Assembly: GCF_006345805.1 (NCBI RefSeq)
Contig: NC_042999.1
Location: forward strand, 153,326,001-153,390,000
DNA: 64,000 nucleotides
Direction: 5' to 3'
Origin: Octopus sinensis
Taxonomy: Eukaryota
The notes beneath the pieces are model-generated. The model saw only the letters and a list, made by a program, of their open reading frames with translations, made no database searches and was not told where the DNA came from. Below, piece by piece: positions 39,635 through 53,290 of this stretch; the first letter of the stretch is position 1; each line of letters starts with the position of its first letter. Position numbers and translations under genes: made by a program.

Positions 39635-39988
39635 TGGAAGCACTCCGTCGGTTACGACGACGAGGGTTCCGGTTGATCCGAATCAACGGAACAGCCTGCT
39701 CGTGAAATTAACGTGTACCATTAACGTAGTTCTCGGGGATATTCAGCGTGACACAGAGAGTGACAAGGCCGGCCCTTTGAAATACTGGTACAACAGAAAC
39801 AGGAAGTAAGAGTGAGAGAAAGTTGTGGTGAAAGAGTACAGCAGGGTTCACCACCATCCCCTGTCGGAGCCTCGTGGAGCTTTAGGTGTTTTCGCTCAAT
39901 AAACACTCACAACGCCCGGTCTGGGAATCGAAACCGCGATCCTATGACCGCGAGTCCGCTGCCCTAACCACTGGGCCATTGCGCCTCC
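39635..39988 (-). mobile_element. SINE family B (first copy in the tandem duplication)
   Basis: Shares an internal deletion with 40973-41326. Confidence 0.88.
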
Positions 39989-40024
39989 ACACACACACAC
40001 ACCACACACACACAGACACACACG

Positions 40025-40055
<31 letters not shown>

Positions 40056-40924
40056 TCACTCTCTCTCTTTCTCACACATACACACACTCTCTCTGTCCCA
40101 CACACATACACACACACTCTCTCTCTCCCACGCACACACACACTCTCTCGTACTCTCTCTCTCTCTCACACACACACACCACACTCTTTCACACACACTT
40201 TCTCTCTCTCTCACATACTCTCTCTCACACAAACACTCTCTCACTCTCTCTCTCTCTCTCACACACACTCTCTCTTTCAATCTCTTCCACACACTCTCTC
40301 ACTCTCTCTCACTCTCACACACACTCACTCTCACACACGCTCACTCTCACACACACTCACACACACAAATACTCTCTCTCGCTCTTTCTCACACACACAC
40401 TCTCCCTCTCACCCTTTATGCCATCATCGTGCAGGCTTGGCTGTGTGGTAAGAAGTGTCTTTCCAAACCACATAGTTTTGCGTTCATTCCCACTGCGTAG
40501 CACCTTGGACAAGTACCTTCTACTATAGCCTCGGACCGACCAAAGCCTTCTGGGTAGATTTGGTACACGGAAGCTAAAAGGTACTCGTCGTATACATGCT
40601 TGTCAAACGGCTAAGTTATGGGGACCTAAAGAAAGCAACACCAATTGTGAAGCAATTGTCACAAGCTTAGAAAAGAAAGATATGCACATGTATGTATGTC
40701 TGTGTGAGTGAGCGAAAGAAGAGTTTAATTCAGTTCTATGCAGCTTAAAGTTTGGAAGCTGGTCAAACAAGCCCCCTTACACATCAAATCGCATAGAATT
40801 TGATGATTTCTACCAGTCTGATGAGTCAGATGCGTTTGACGAGCCTACGGAACTTTAAGAAAAAGGAGGTGGTCAGAATTTTGGATAATTCATTATTAAA
40901 CAATCCTCAGATATTATACGAATA

Positions 40925-40969
<45 letters not shown>

Positions 40970-40972
40970 GGA

Positions 40973-41326
40973 TGGAAGCACTCCGTCGGTTACGACGACG
41001 AGGGTTCCGGTTGATCCGAATCAACGGAACAGCCTGCTCGTGAAATTAACGTGTACCATTAACGTAGTTCTCGGGGATATTCAGCGTGACACAGAGAGTG
41101 ACAAGGCCGGCCCTTTGAAATACAGGTACAACAGAAACAGGAAGTAAGAGTGAGAGAAAGTTGTGGTGAAAGAGTACAGCAGGGTTCACCACCATCCCCT
41201 GCCGGAGCCTCGTGGAGCTTTAGGTGTTTTCGCTCAATAAACACTCACAACGCCCGGTCTGGGAATCGAAACCGCGATCCTATGACCGCGAGTCCGCTGC
41301 CCTAACCACTGGGCCATTGCGCCTCC
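40973..41326 (-). mobile_element. SINE family B (second copy in the tandem duplication)
   Basis: Near-identical to 39635-39988. Confidence 0.88.
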
Positions 41327-41353
41327 ACACACACACACACCACACACACCACA

Positions 41354-41421
<68 letters not shown>

Positions 41422-41464
41422 ATATATATATATATATTGGTGTTGTGTGTGTGGTGTGTGTTGT

Positions 41465-41755
41465 GTAAGGTGCATTGAATAAGCTGTCGTCTAAATTACG
41501 CAAAAACGAAAATAACACTCACATCTCATTTTAAGAGATATGTTTACCAAAATTACATAGAAATATCTTGAAATACTAAAGAGTAAATTTATTAAATAAA
41601 ATCGCCATTGACTTCAAACACGGCTGCCAGACAACTTCGGAATTTCCTGCAACTCTTCTGGGCAGTCTCCTTGTTTAAGTTGGTAGATGCTGTCATAATC
41701 CTTGCTTTCAGTTCATCTTTGGCGTTACAAGGAGTTTTGTTGGTCCCTTTTGTTG
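41465..41755 (-). mobile_element. 3' end of the same maT-like family
   Basis: TNKTPCNAKDELKARIMTASTNLNKETAQKSCRKFRSCLAAVFEVNGDFI*, continuing the motif where the 24.5-kb fragment stops. Confidence 0.75.
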
Positions 41756-42098
41756 GTATAGGACAAGCTATTACTTCTAGTAAAGTAAAGAATAAGAAAA
41801 TTTTTACTTAAAATATTGCAGCTAAAATTAAAATTTGAACATTAAAACTTATTTTATTATAGTTTACAAATAACACTATACTTATTTAAGTAGAATTTGT
41901 CTAATTTACTACTATAAATACAGAAAAAAGTGACTAATTAGACAAACTTACAAATTAGCTGAACAGTTTTGTACAATAAATTTAAAAGATAAGAACTGTA
42001 AAGAATGATAAATTAGAACTGGCATTCTTTGCTGCAATATTTTAAGTAAAAAGTTTCTTAAACTTTACTTTTACTAGTAGTAATAGCTTATCCTATAC
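41756..42098. repeat. AT-rich fold-back element with ~67-bp inverted arms
   Basis: 41756-41822 vs 42031-42098 are imperfect reverse complements; abuts the maT fragment. Confidence 0.65.
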
Positions 42099-42214
42099 TT
42101 TTACAGGTTTAATAACTTGTCCTGTACTTTTCCAGGCTTATAATCTTAAGAATATGACTTTTCATGCTCGTATTTTTCCATTGTATATATATATATATAT
42201 ATACATACATACAG

Positions 42215-42264
<50 letters not shown>

Positions 42265-42316
42265 GTTTAAATATTTGTTGTGCAAGATTCTTATGTGAAG
42301 TCATGTGTTGAAACAG

Positions 42317-42576
42317 ATATTGTTATATTTCGGAATGGTCATATTGCCAGTTTAGCCAATAAATGGCTGACGGTTAGTAAGGAGAGACACAAACAAATAA
42401 GAAAGAAGAAAACAAAGGACCACTGATGCGGTCAGGAGGTGTTGACGAAAGAACTCTGGCCGAAATAAGATTAAGATTAATGTAAAAAAAATATCACTGA
42501 AGCAAAATAACACCAATATATAGTGCGTGTGTTTTTATTGGCTAAACTGGCAATATGACCATTCCGAAATATAACA

Positions 42577-42580
<4 letters not shown>
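42317..42580. repeat. Perfect 47-bp inverted repeat
   Basis: 42317-42363 is the exact reverse complement of 42534-42580; 170-bp spacer; right arm abuts (TA)n. Confidence 0.93.
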
Positions 42581-42610
<30 letters not shown>

Positions 42611-42795
42611 TTACACACACACACACACACACACACACCCCACCACCACACACAACACACACACACATATATCTATATATATATTGTATATATATATATA
42701 ATATATATAGGGAGAATTCACAAAAAAAAGATGAAGACAGGTGGTGTGTAGACAACGAACAGATGTATTATTTTAATGCCTGGTAAGTGAAAAGT

Positions 42796-42831
42796 CTTTA
42801 ACGTTTCGAGCCTACGCTCTTCCTCAGAAAG
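42796..42831 (-). ncRNA. Minimal type I hammerhead ribozyme motif (Penelope-type terminus)
   Basis: CUUU-CUGAGGA-A-GAGC(GUAG)GCUC-GAAA-CGUU-AAAG: canonical core, 4-bp stem II, palindromic ACGU stem III, 4-bp stem I. Confidence 0.7.
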
Positions 42832-43822
42832 GAACACACAAAGAAACAGGGAGAGAAAATAAAGAATGTGTAGTGGCTAGCGATCTTACATACACACATA
42901 CACGCATAAATATATTTATGTCTCTCTCCCTCTCTTCTCTCTCTTTCCCCTCTCTTCTTCTCTCTCCCCCTCTCTTCTTCTCTCTCTACCTCTGTATCTC
43001 TTAGAATGTGGATGGAGAAAGAAGAAAACGACATAGAAGATCCACAGCCGAGTACCAGTCTACAATAAACTTTTTACGTAAGTTTTGCAGCTGTTTCTTA
43101 CACTACATTGTGGGGGTGTGAGCAATTCGAACTTAAAAAGATCCTTCGTCTAAGGCAGATAGCGTATATGAAAGCAGAAAAAAAGAAGAAAAATGTAAAC
43201 GAATGTCCGTGCAAAGAATTTTTTCACATCCATCTATCCAACCAGCTAACCAAGCAGACAGACAGACACTCCACCAGCCTGTCTGTCAGCAAGCCAACCG
43301 TCCGTCCAGCCAGTCAGACAAACACCAGCCAGCCAACCAACCAGCCAATTAGCCAGCTGGCCGTACAGACAACAGACAGACAGTCAGTCAGTCGGTCAGC
43401 CAGTCACTCCTTGCCGTAAAGAACTCATAAACCAATATTGCTGACTGAAGCCACATTAATGTAATATTAATCCTGAAAATTATCATTTTGATTATTACTT
43501 CCGTTTCCGCTATTTCGCTGCCACGGTTAGCACTAATTATGACAAGAGACGAAGGAGCCGCCACGTGAGCACATGACCTCCTAGAAAGAGCAACTAGACT
43601 CTCCTCTTGGATAATATATATTTCTTTATTGCCCACAGGGGGTTAAACATAGAGGGGATAAACAAGGACAGACAAACGGATTAAGTTGATTATATCGACC
43701 CCAGTGCGTAACTGTTACTTAATTTATCGACCCCGAAAGGATGAAAGGCAAAATCGACCTCAGCGGAATTTGAACTCAGAACGTAGCGGTAGATGAAATA
43801 CCACTAAGCATTTCGCCCGACG

Positions 43823-43871
<49 letters not shown>

Positions 43872-44118
43872 CCTCCTGGATAATATAATGCTTGAAAGAT
43901 GTTAACGCTACGATTGGAAAGTCTTTGGTCATATATTTGCTTAATCAGTGTCGACCTATTGTTAAACAACAACAACAACAACAGAACCCAGAGCTCTTAT
44001 TTTGAATGTCTTTTCTCATAAGATCAGAATGAACGGAAGAAAGCGAACGTTAGTGGTTGAAAAAACTCACACTTCATCAATAAATAGATAAATAAATAAA
44101 TGAATGAATGAATGTGTA

Positions 44119-44487
44119 ATCGTGAAGTATATTTTCCACCTAAATATGGCTAACCCTTAAGGGTCGATCCTACAGTAACTTGTAGCCCCAGGAAGACATC
44201 TCCTCCAGCAGGCTATTGACACACTATTTGTGCCCTATCAGTATTTGCAAAGGGAAGTAATCGTTCCCATCTCCAGCCGGACGTGATACACACGGACCCG
44301 AGTTTCTGAGTATTGACCCGTCATCAGCGTATGACCGCCACCGGTTGACTTCCCTTTGCAAATACTGATAGGGCACAGATAGTGTGTCAATAGTCAGTTG
44401 GTGGAAATGTCTTCCTGGGACTTCGAGCTACAGTAGCATCGACCCTTGAGGGTTAGCCACATTTAGGTGGCAAATATACTACACGAT
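44119..44487. mobile_element. Fold-back MITE with ~140-bp inverted arms
   Basis: 44119-44258 is the imperfect reverse complement of 44348-44487; 89-bp spacer. Confidence 0.8.
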
Positions 44488-44930
44488 GTCATGCAGCTAC
44501 TGTTTATACCTCGCTCAGAGATTTATTATTGCTTGTTTCCACTTTTTCGAGATCAGTGACTTTTCGTCACTGGAAAAAGTATATACATTTGCATTGAGAA
44601 CCACTTCCCAATCGCCAACCGGTGGTTTCCACATGCTGATAACGGGTGTTTTTACTTAAGAAACACAAACCAGAGTTTGGAGAAAATATTAGTTTCGAAT
44701 TTTGACACAAGGCCAGCAATTTTGGAGCAAATCGATTACATTGATCCAGTGCTCAGCTGGTACTTATTTTATCGATACCGGAAGGCTGAAAGGCAAATCT
44801 GAGAACGTAAAGACGGACGAAATGCCGCTAAGCATTTCGCCCAACGTGCTAACGACTCTGTCAGCTCGCTACCTTAAGGAGAAGAAAATATTACTGAATG
44901 TTTATATCTATTTTAATATATATATACATA

Positions 44931-45655
44931 CAGTCGTCGTCGACTCACGATCTATCCGACTTACGACCGATTGGCGCACCAGGTTTAGAAATTAACCCTA
45001 CGGATGATGTCAGCTAACAAACGCTTACCCTAGGTTTGGTTATCGGTCGCCACTGTGGTTATTCCACGTGTTGGATGACTATCCTGTCGCGGAGACATCG
45101 AGGCAACCTCCTATTTGTTTATAAGCCGACTGCTTGAGACACCGAGATTTTTGACTAACACCAGGCTAATTTTTGACCATGAACTTGAAATGATTCGCGG
45201 GAAAGTAGTAAAACTGGCTAAAGACCTTTCTTTGGAGTGTGAAGTGGAAAATAACGAAGATTTACTACACCAAGAATCCGAAGAACTTACAAATGAAGAG
45301 TTTCTTGAATTGGAAAAAGAACGCGCGGAGGAAGAAAGGAGGTGCCAGAAAGGAGTTTCACTACAAAAAGATTATCAGAAGGTTTATTCCAAATAAATAA
45401 ACTTCTCGAATAATTTGAAGCAATGGACTCAAACATCGAACGATTTGCAAGGATTGAACGGATGGCAGATGATATGTTTCGTCCGTATCGTGAAGTTTAT
45501 GAAGAGAAACAAGCAATTCAGACAAGGCTTACCATGTTTATCAAAAAACCAACTCCGGCTACTTCGACTGTTGCCCCAGCAGACGACATCGAAGATCCAC
45601 AGCCAAGCACAATAGATTTTTATGTAAGTTTTGCGACTGTTTCTTACACTACATT
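44931..45655 (+). mobile_element. Tigger/pogo-like element, internally deleted
   Basis: TA|cagtcgtcgtcgactcacga terminus; C-terminal motifs EELTNEEFLELEKER and MDSNIERF...QTRLTMFIKK. A small homologous piece lies at ~43020-43090. Confidence 0.75.
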
Positions 45656-45688
45656 GCTTATTTCTTGTATTTGTATTCTTTGGCGGGT

Positions 45689-46029
45689 GGAGGCGCAATG
45701 GCCCAGTGGTTAGGGCAGCGGACTCGCGGTCATAGGATCGCGGTTTCGATTCCCAGACCGGGCGTTGTGAGTGTTTATTGAGCGAAAACATCTAAAAGCT
45801 CCACGAGGCTCCGGCAGGGGATGGTGGTGATCCCTGCTGTACTCTTTCACCACAACTTTCTCTCACTCTTACTTCATGTTTCTGTTGTACCTGTATTTCA
45901 AAGGGCCAGCCTTGTCACTCTCTGTGTCAAGCTGAATATCCCCGAGAACTACGTTAAGGGTGCACGTGTCTGTTCCGTTGATTCGGATCAACCGGAACCC
46001 TCATCGTCGTAACCGACGGAGTGCTTCCA
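45689..46029 (+). mobile_element. SINE family B
   Basis: Same head and body; tail ...cgtaaccgacggagtgcttcca. Confidence 0.88.
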
Positions 46030-46724
46030 CATTCTTTGGCGGATTGGCGGAATCATTTCTGAGTTCAAATTTCGCAGTGGCAAACTTTTGCTTTTCATTA
46101 TCCAGGGTCGGTATTTTTGCGGTTCTTTATGTTCCAATTCCAAATTTAGCTGAGGTCACCTTAGCTGATTATCCTGTAAAAGTCGATAAGATAAAGTACC
46201 AGTCATCTACTAGGGTGAACGGTAGCGATTAAACTCTTGCGCTCAAAATTTCTGGTCCTGTACCCAAATAAGGAACCATGATTTGGAGCTCAGTTTTTCT
46301 GTGGGAGCTTTACATACTGAGTTCAAATCTCACCGAGGTCAACTTCATCTTTTATCGTCTCTTAACATTTTCTTCTTTTTCTTGTCTCGCTCATTAGGTT
46401 GCGACCATGCTGGAGTATCGCCTTGAAGAATTTTTAGTCTAATGAATCGACCCCAGTGCTTGTTTTTTAAAGCCTGTTACTTATTCTATCGTTCCTTTTG
46501 TCGAACCGCTGCGTTAAAAAGACATAAACAAACTGACACCGGCTGTGAAGCGGTGGATAGACAAACATAGACACGAAGACTAACACACACTCACACACAC
46601 AGAAACTCACACTCACACGCACACACACACATACACTCACACATATCCCGAAAGAATGAAAGGCAAAGTTGACCTCGGCGGAATTTGAACTCAGAACCAC
46701 TAAGCATTTTGTAGCATATATATA

Positions 46725-47740
46725 TCTTTATATATATATATAAAACTGAGAATGTGTGTCTGTCTGTCTGTGTATTTCCCTAAAACTTGAGAACTACACA
46801 ACCAATTTCATTCAAATTTTACACATGCCTTACTTGGGGTCCATGTAGTTTCATGGGCAAAAAAAAATGTTCAACTTCTTGCTTAGAGCGAGCCCAAGCA
46901 ATAGCATATCTTCTCCACTATTTCAGTATTACGTGTTAAAAGTGAAACAAAAACATTTTTCTATTTTATGTCAGATACTTTCACTTTAACAATAAAAATA
47001 ATAATAACAATTGAATTATATGTAGTAAGTAATAATTAAAATCAAACTAAAGTATAATATAATCGTAACATAAAAAAAGTAAAAATAGCAATTGGTATAA
47101 AATTGCATCAATGACTTGAACTTGAAATAAGTGGTTTCACATGAATGGGAATAAATAAAAATAAAATTAGCGTGCAGAAATGGAATAGTCCAGATGGATA
47201 ATAAAAAATTAAATTAAAGAAAAGACTATTGTCTATAAAGTATACAATGTAGAGAAAAAAGAAGATTCGAAGCACCTTCGAAAAGTGTCTTGGTGCGACT
47301 ATGAAAGAGGCGGTAAATTCGCCACAATAGAAGCAAGGTTCGAGTCAACGGAGCGTGCAAGGGAGTACTCGACTCGAACTTGCAAAGTGGAAATATTTTA
47401 TTTTTACTTTTATATCTGGGACGTAGGACGTCCCGGAAAAAAATTTTAAATGACCCCCCCCCCCTCAGAAGTAGAGGTAGGCTGGATTGTAGCCACACTT
47501 CTATACAAGAGGGAGGACGATATACAATTGATCGAAATTACAAGAGACGGGCTAACAATTCCAGTCTGTTATATATTTTGAGTAATGTTATCACTAGCGA
47601 TATCAAGATATAACTTTGTATTTTGTATTTCATGTGTAGATGTATATATATAGATGTACATGTAATATGTACACATATATATATACACATATATACATGC
47701 ACTAGCACTATGACCCGGCAACGACGGGTCTTTATGCTAG
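46725..47740 (+). mobile_element. Non-autonomous Helitron (HINE-like)
   Basis: A|TC...tatatataaaactg...(gtct)n 5' end; 3' hairpin gacccg-gcaacga-cgggtc then CTAG|T. Confidence 0.82.
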
Positions 47741-48882
47741 TATATATATATATAATGTGTGTGTATGTATATATATATATGTATATATGTATATAGATAT
47801 ATATTTATACACACACCACACCACACAATATATATAATATATATTATTATATATATATATGTAGTTGTATTGGTTGTATATATATATATATATATATATA
47901 AAGATATATATATATAAAGATAAGATCCTTATTTAAATATTGATCATATCAAGTGACCTCATAGGCAATAATAATTATTAAAATTACAATTAAGGGTATC
48001 TAAAAGATACCACCATGCTAGATATAGCAGCCAAAACGACTCTAGAACCACATTAAATGTTCATACATTTATGTTTTGGCTGCTATATCTAGCATATATA
48101 TATATATATCGATGCATTCGAGTTTCTTCTCCGCCAAAACTTCTGGCCTTGTGCAAAAATTTGAAACTTCTGGTCTTGTGCAAAAATTTGAAACCAGATA
48201 ATTAACTTTACCAGAATTAACTCTCGCCAGAAAAATCGGAAACAATGTGGCGATGTTAATAATCAATAAATATATTATTGCCGATATATTACAACTCTTG
48301 TGGCCAATAAAGAGAGAAAACTATATTACTGTCTTCATTTATAAAATATTTAAATTCCTTCATCTCTTTATTAAAATGATTCACCAGCTATTCTTAAAGC
48401 AATCACATCAACGACCGACATCTGACATGCGTCAATCTTATGATGAAGCCATGATGAAAAATTGAATAAAAATTTATATTATCGTTTGGTGTGAGTCATT
48501 ATTTCTCATGTGAAATAATTTCCTCTCTCGTAAAGATACAAATTATTCGTCAGTTTCTATTAAGTTCATTACCATGACACTCGCTGAATCGGTTGTCTTG
48601 TTCTTATCATTTCTGTCGTCTGCTTAATATATATGAAGAAGGCAGCGGTGAGCTGGCAAAATCGTAAGTACACCGGGTAAAATATTTAGAAGCAATTCGT
48701 CCGTCTTTACGGTCTGAGTTTAAATTCCGCAGAGGTCGACATTGTTTCTCATCATTTCGGGATAGATAAAATAAGTACCAGTTGAGCACTGGGATCGATA
48801 GAATCGTCTTATCTATCCCCGGTTTACCGGTCTTGTATCTCCCCCCCCCGCCCAATATATATATATATATACATATATATAC

Positions 48883-48927
<45 letters not shown>

Positions 48928-49162
48928 TAATATATATATATTATATATATATATATATATATAAAACAAGAAAAAAGCAACAAGAATGGATTAGTTGTTC
49001 ATTACAATTGTTTCATACGAGAACAGATTTATAAAAGCTGCAAATATTGCAGCAATACAAGTGTCCCGTATTCATCAGCCAAAACACGGTTAATACCATA
49101 AAGATTTCTGGTGCATCTAAGTTAATTCATTGGAACTCACTTGAATCTTAATTGTTTTACTG

Positions 49163-49227
<65 letters not shown>

Positions 49228-49719
49228 TAAAACTTATATATAAGAACGTGAAATTCACGAATTGACAAACACGGAAAAACGGACAGTAATTCAGAGCCTT
49301 CATTCTTCAGTCAGAAACCGATTCATCATGGCAAATTTCGGCTGTTTAATTCTGAGATTTGCTCCGAAAAGGCCAGCCCCAAGGAAAAGCTAAGCTATGG
49401 GCATTAGATTTGCTTGGTAGAAGGAAAGAATGTGACAACAGAGACGAATAGGAAAACAAGAGACGAATAGGAAAACAAGAGACGAAGATAAAATTGGAAA
49501 CAGTAACGAATAAAAACAGGAATGATACGGGGGCGTCTTACGACTTTGAGACAATATATATATATATATATATATAAAACTTCCCCGTTTTTGATACACA
49601 CACGCGCGCACGCACGCACACACACACATATATACATACATATACATATATGTGTGTGTATATATATATATATATAGTATACATACATACATATATATAT
49701 ATATATATTAATATATATA

Positions 49720-49781
<62 letters not shown>

Positions 49782-50440
49782 ACATATAATATATATATAT
49801 ATATATTACACACACTTTATGTATATGTATGTATATATGTGTGTCTGTATATATATGTATATAATATATATACACACACATATATGTATATGTATGTATA
49901 TATGTGTGTGTGTGTGCGTGCGCGCGTGTGTGTATCAAAAACAGGGAAGTCTGGTCTATGGGATTACCTAAAGTTTCCCGTCCATAAAGGGTTTAGCTTT
50001 ACAAGTATATTTTGTGGAAAAACAAATTTAATGTATCATCATACTCGTACATTCGGTATCCCATCCCGAAATGACTAAGTTGATAGAAACTTCGAGAGAT
50101 CGAGTATTCCAGCGCTCATCTCTTTTTCCTAAACACTTGTACACGTTCTAATTATATATGGCCTGGCACGACGAGGGTTCCAGTTGATCCGATCAGCCGG
50201 ACAGCCTGTTCATGAAATTAATGTGCAAGCGTCTGAGCACTCTACAGACATGTATACTCTTAACATATGAGAAATATGACTAGGCAGGCCTTTCAGTTAT
50301 AGGTAAAACTCATTTTTTTGTCTGCTGAGGGGACTGGAGCAACGAGAAATAAGTGGGTACAACGCGCCGCCGGGGATTTTGCGATTGTGAGTCCCGCGCT
50401 CTCTTTATATATATATATTATATATATAATATATATATAT

Positions 50441-50475
<35 letters not shown>

Positions 50476-50580
50476 GGGGGGGGGGTATACACACACACAC
50501 CACGTCTTAGCAAATATGACATATCTAGCTACAAAGCGAACATCTAATACACCACCATGCCTACAGCCTTTCACAATATA

Positions 50581-51476
50581 CGTGGTATGATCAATAAGTA
50601 TCCGGGCTGTTGCCATAGTAACGAACCTAAGGAATGCAGAGTGAAGCCGCTTGGAACGGATTGACCTTGAACTCTGTTGTGCATGCGCATTAAGTTTTAA
50701 CGTTCTAGCTCAGTCCAGCTGTTTACAGCAGTGCTTTGAAGGAACGAGTGTAGCGTGTGATCGTTGCATTGACCATGACAGAGAAAGTTGAGCAGAGAAT
50801 CTGCATCAAATTCTACCAAAAGCTTGGCGATATCTGCTCAGAGGCCTACGCAAAGTTTTCAAAAAGTTTTTCATTATTTTCGACACAATCAAGGAGATCT
50901 TGTGCAACTGAAACCCGAGTGTCTTTTTAGTCAGTTGAAAGCAGCTTTGGCACAAACTTAGCAGACACACGTCTCATATCAAAATCTTTAATGATAATGG
51001 ACTGAACAGAACCGTAACTAATCTGCACATCCTCTGATAACTCACCGATGGTGATTCGACGATCTCCCCTCACAGCTGCACGCACATCTGCGATGTCTTT
51101 CTCAATTCTGCTGGTTGCAGGTCTCCTACAAGGTTCGTCACTATCGACATTTTTTCGGCCATTTTGGAAACGTCTGAACCACTTATACACTTGTGTGCAG
51201 CTCATACACTCCTCTCCATACACTTTCTGCAACTTTGCATAGACCTCTAAGCAGGTGTCACCATGACTACTTTTTCTGTCATGGTCAATGCGACGATCAC
51301 TCGCTACATACCTTCTTCCCATGCATTGCTGTAAACAGCGGAAGTGACATAGAATGTTAAAACTTAGTGCGCATGCGTAGCAGAGTCAAAGGTCAATCAT
51401 TGCGAAGCAGCTTTACTCTGCATGCTTTCGCTTCGTAACTATGGCAGCAGTCCAGATACTTATTGATCAGACCTCG
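50581..51476. mobile_element. Mariner-derived fold-back element made of two inverted 5' ends
   Basis: TA|cgtggtatgatcaataagtatccgg ... gatacttattgatcagacctcg|CA. Both arms include the transposase start (MTEK); the minus arm carries the HTH ORF 50927-51322. Confidence 0.85.
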
Positions 51477-52655
51477 CATGTCTGGTACTTGTTTTATCGA
51501 CACCAGAAAGATGAAAAGCAAAGAAGACATCATCGAGACTTGAACCCACAATATAAAAAGAGCAGAGCTAGATATCCTTTCTACTGTAGGCACAAGGCTT
51601 GACATTTTGGGATAGGGAGCTAGTCGATTACATTGATCCCAATATTCAACTGGTACTTATTTCAGCGAGACTGAAAAGATGAAAGACTAAGTCGACCTCG
51701 GTGGAATTTGAACACCGAACGTAAAGGACGAAACGCCACGAAGCATGTTGTTCGGCGAGCTAACGATTCTTATTTCTTTATTGCCCACAAGGGGTTAAAC
51801 ATAGAGGGAGCAAACAAGAACAGATAAAGGGATTAAGTCGATTACATCGACCCATGGTGCTTAATCTATCGACCCCGAAAGGATGAAAGGCAAAGTCGAC
51901 CTCGGCGGAATTTGAACTCAGAACGTAACGGCAGACGAAATACTGCTAAGCATTTCGCCCGGCGTGCTAACGTTTCTGCCAGCTCGCTGCCTTGAACATA
52001 GCTGAATATAACAAAGAATTCACTCTGGTATTATTTCACCGTTTCTATCTTCTACAAAAGAAAGATCGATATTTATATTTTCGAACACACCATCACCGTC
52101 TATAACTCGAAAGTTCATATTTTCATTTTGCCTTACTAGAACGATCAATATCAGCGGTTTGTGTGGTTTTGTTAGTTTAATAAATTTAATTCAAAGTTCA
52201 TCTTTTATATTTAAGTTTGATGAACTGTTAAGAAAACCACCAAGTACTTATATTAGAATATAACGACGTTTTGGTTTCTTTCATGTATAGTTCAAGAATT
52301 ATCTTTTACATGTTTCAGTCATTAGACCGCGACCATACTGTGGCACCGCCTTAAAGAACTTTTAGATGAATGAATCTACCCCCGGTATTTATTTGTTCTT
52401 TAAAGCCTGGTGCTTATTCTATTGGTCACTTTTACCGAACCGCTAAGTTACGAGTGACATAAACACACCAACACCGGTTGTCAAGCAATGGTGGAGGACA
52501 AACACAGACATACACACACACATACACACATACACACACGCGCGTGCATGCACATATATATACTTATATAGTGAGAATTTACAAAAACAAAAGACGAAGA
52601 CGGGTGTGGAAATAACACACAGATATATTAGTTTAACGCTCGGGAAGGGAGAAGT

Positions 52656-52691
52656 CTTTTACGTTTCGAGCTTACGTTCTTCGACAGAAAG
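52656..52691 (-). ncRNA. Minimal hammerhead motif, CUGUCGA core variant
   Basis: CUUU-CUGUCGA-A-GAAC(GUAA)GCUC-GAAA-CGUA-AAAG; one stem II mismatch. Confidence 0.5.
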
Positions 52692-53244
52692 GAATACAAT
52701 GGGCTTCTTTCAGTTTCCGTCTGCCAAATTCACTCACAAGGCTTTGGTCGATCAGAGGCTACAGTAGAAGACACTTGCCCAAGGTACCACGCAATGGGAC
52801 TGAACCCGGAACCATGTGGTCGGGAAGTAGGTTACTTATCACGCAGCCATGCCTCGGGATAAATAATTTTCAGAAAAATATGGAGTTGTCATAAATTATT
52901 GAAAAGTTTATATAATGTTAAAACCTTTATACTGGAGAGATACGGGATCATATTAAAAAAATTAACGGGGCCCACACAGGGTAGTGGTGTTTGAGGTGAT
53001 ACATCGTCCGGAGCCCGCAGAGTTGAGGAGAGGATCCATGTAAATAATACTAATGATATAACACTTGTCTTGAATGGCACAACGATGCAGAGTGGACTAG
53101 AATAACTGTTATAATTTAATTATCCGTAGTCTGATATAATAATATTTCGGAGAGCTTCGTGAGACCACTGCAGAGACGCTTCGGGAAAAAAATTTCGCTA
53201 ACTGTTGGAAAACCGATTATAGCAGTGACTCAATCAATTCCTAG

Positions 53245-53290
53245 CAATATCTGAAGAAGGAAGCTTTGTAATCCGAAATGTTATTATTAT
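53245..53290 (+). ncRNA. Degenerate hammerhead motif
   Basis: AAUAU-CUGAAGA-A-GGA(10 nt)UCC-GAAA-UGUU-AUUAUU; core intact, stem I bulged. Confidence 0.4.

Larger units (their letters stand above)
38670..41345. repeat. Direct tandem duplication of a ~1.33-kb unit
   Basis: 38681 onward matches 40013 onward, including the CA/CT tract, SINE-C piece and SINE-B; few differences. Confidence 0.92.

Noticed and set aside
42420-42470. Hammerhead-like CUGAUGC-stem-GAAA
   Set aside because: A9 is changed and there is no stem I or cleavage triplet; at best a decayed relic.
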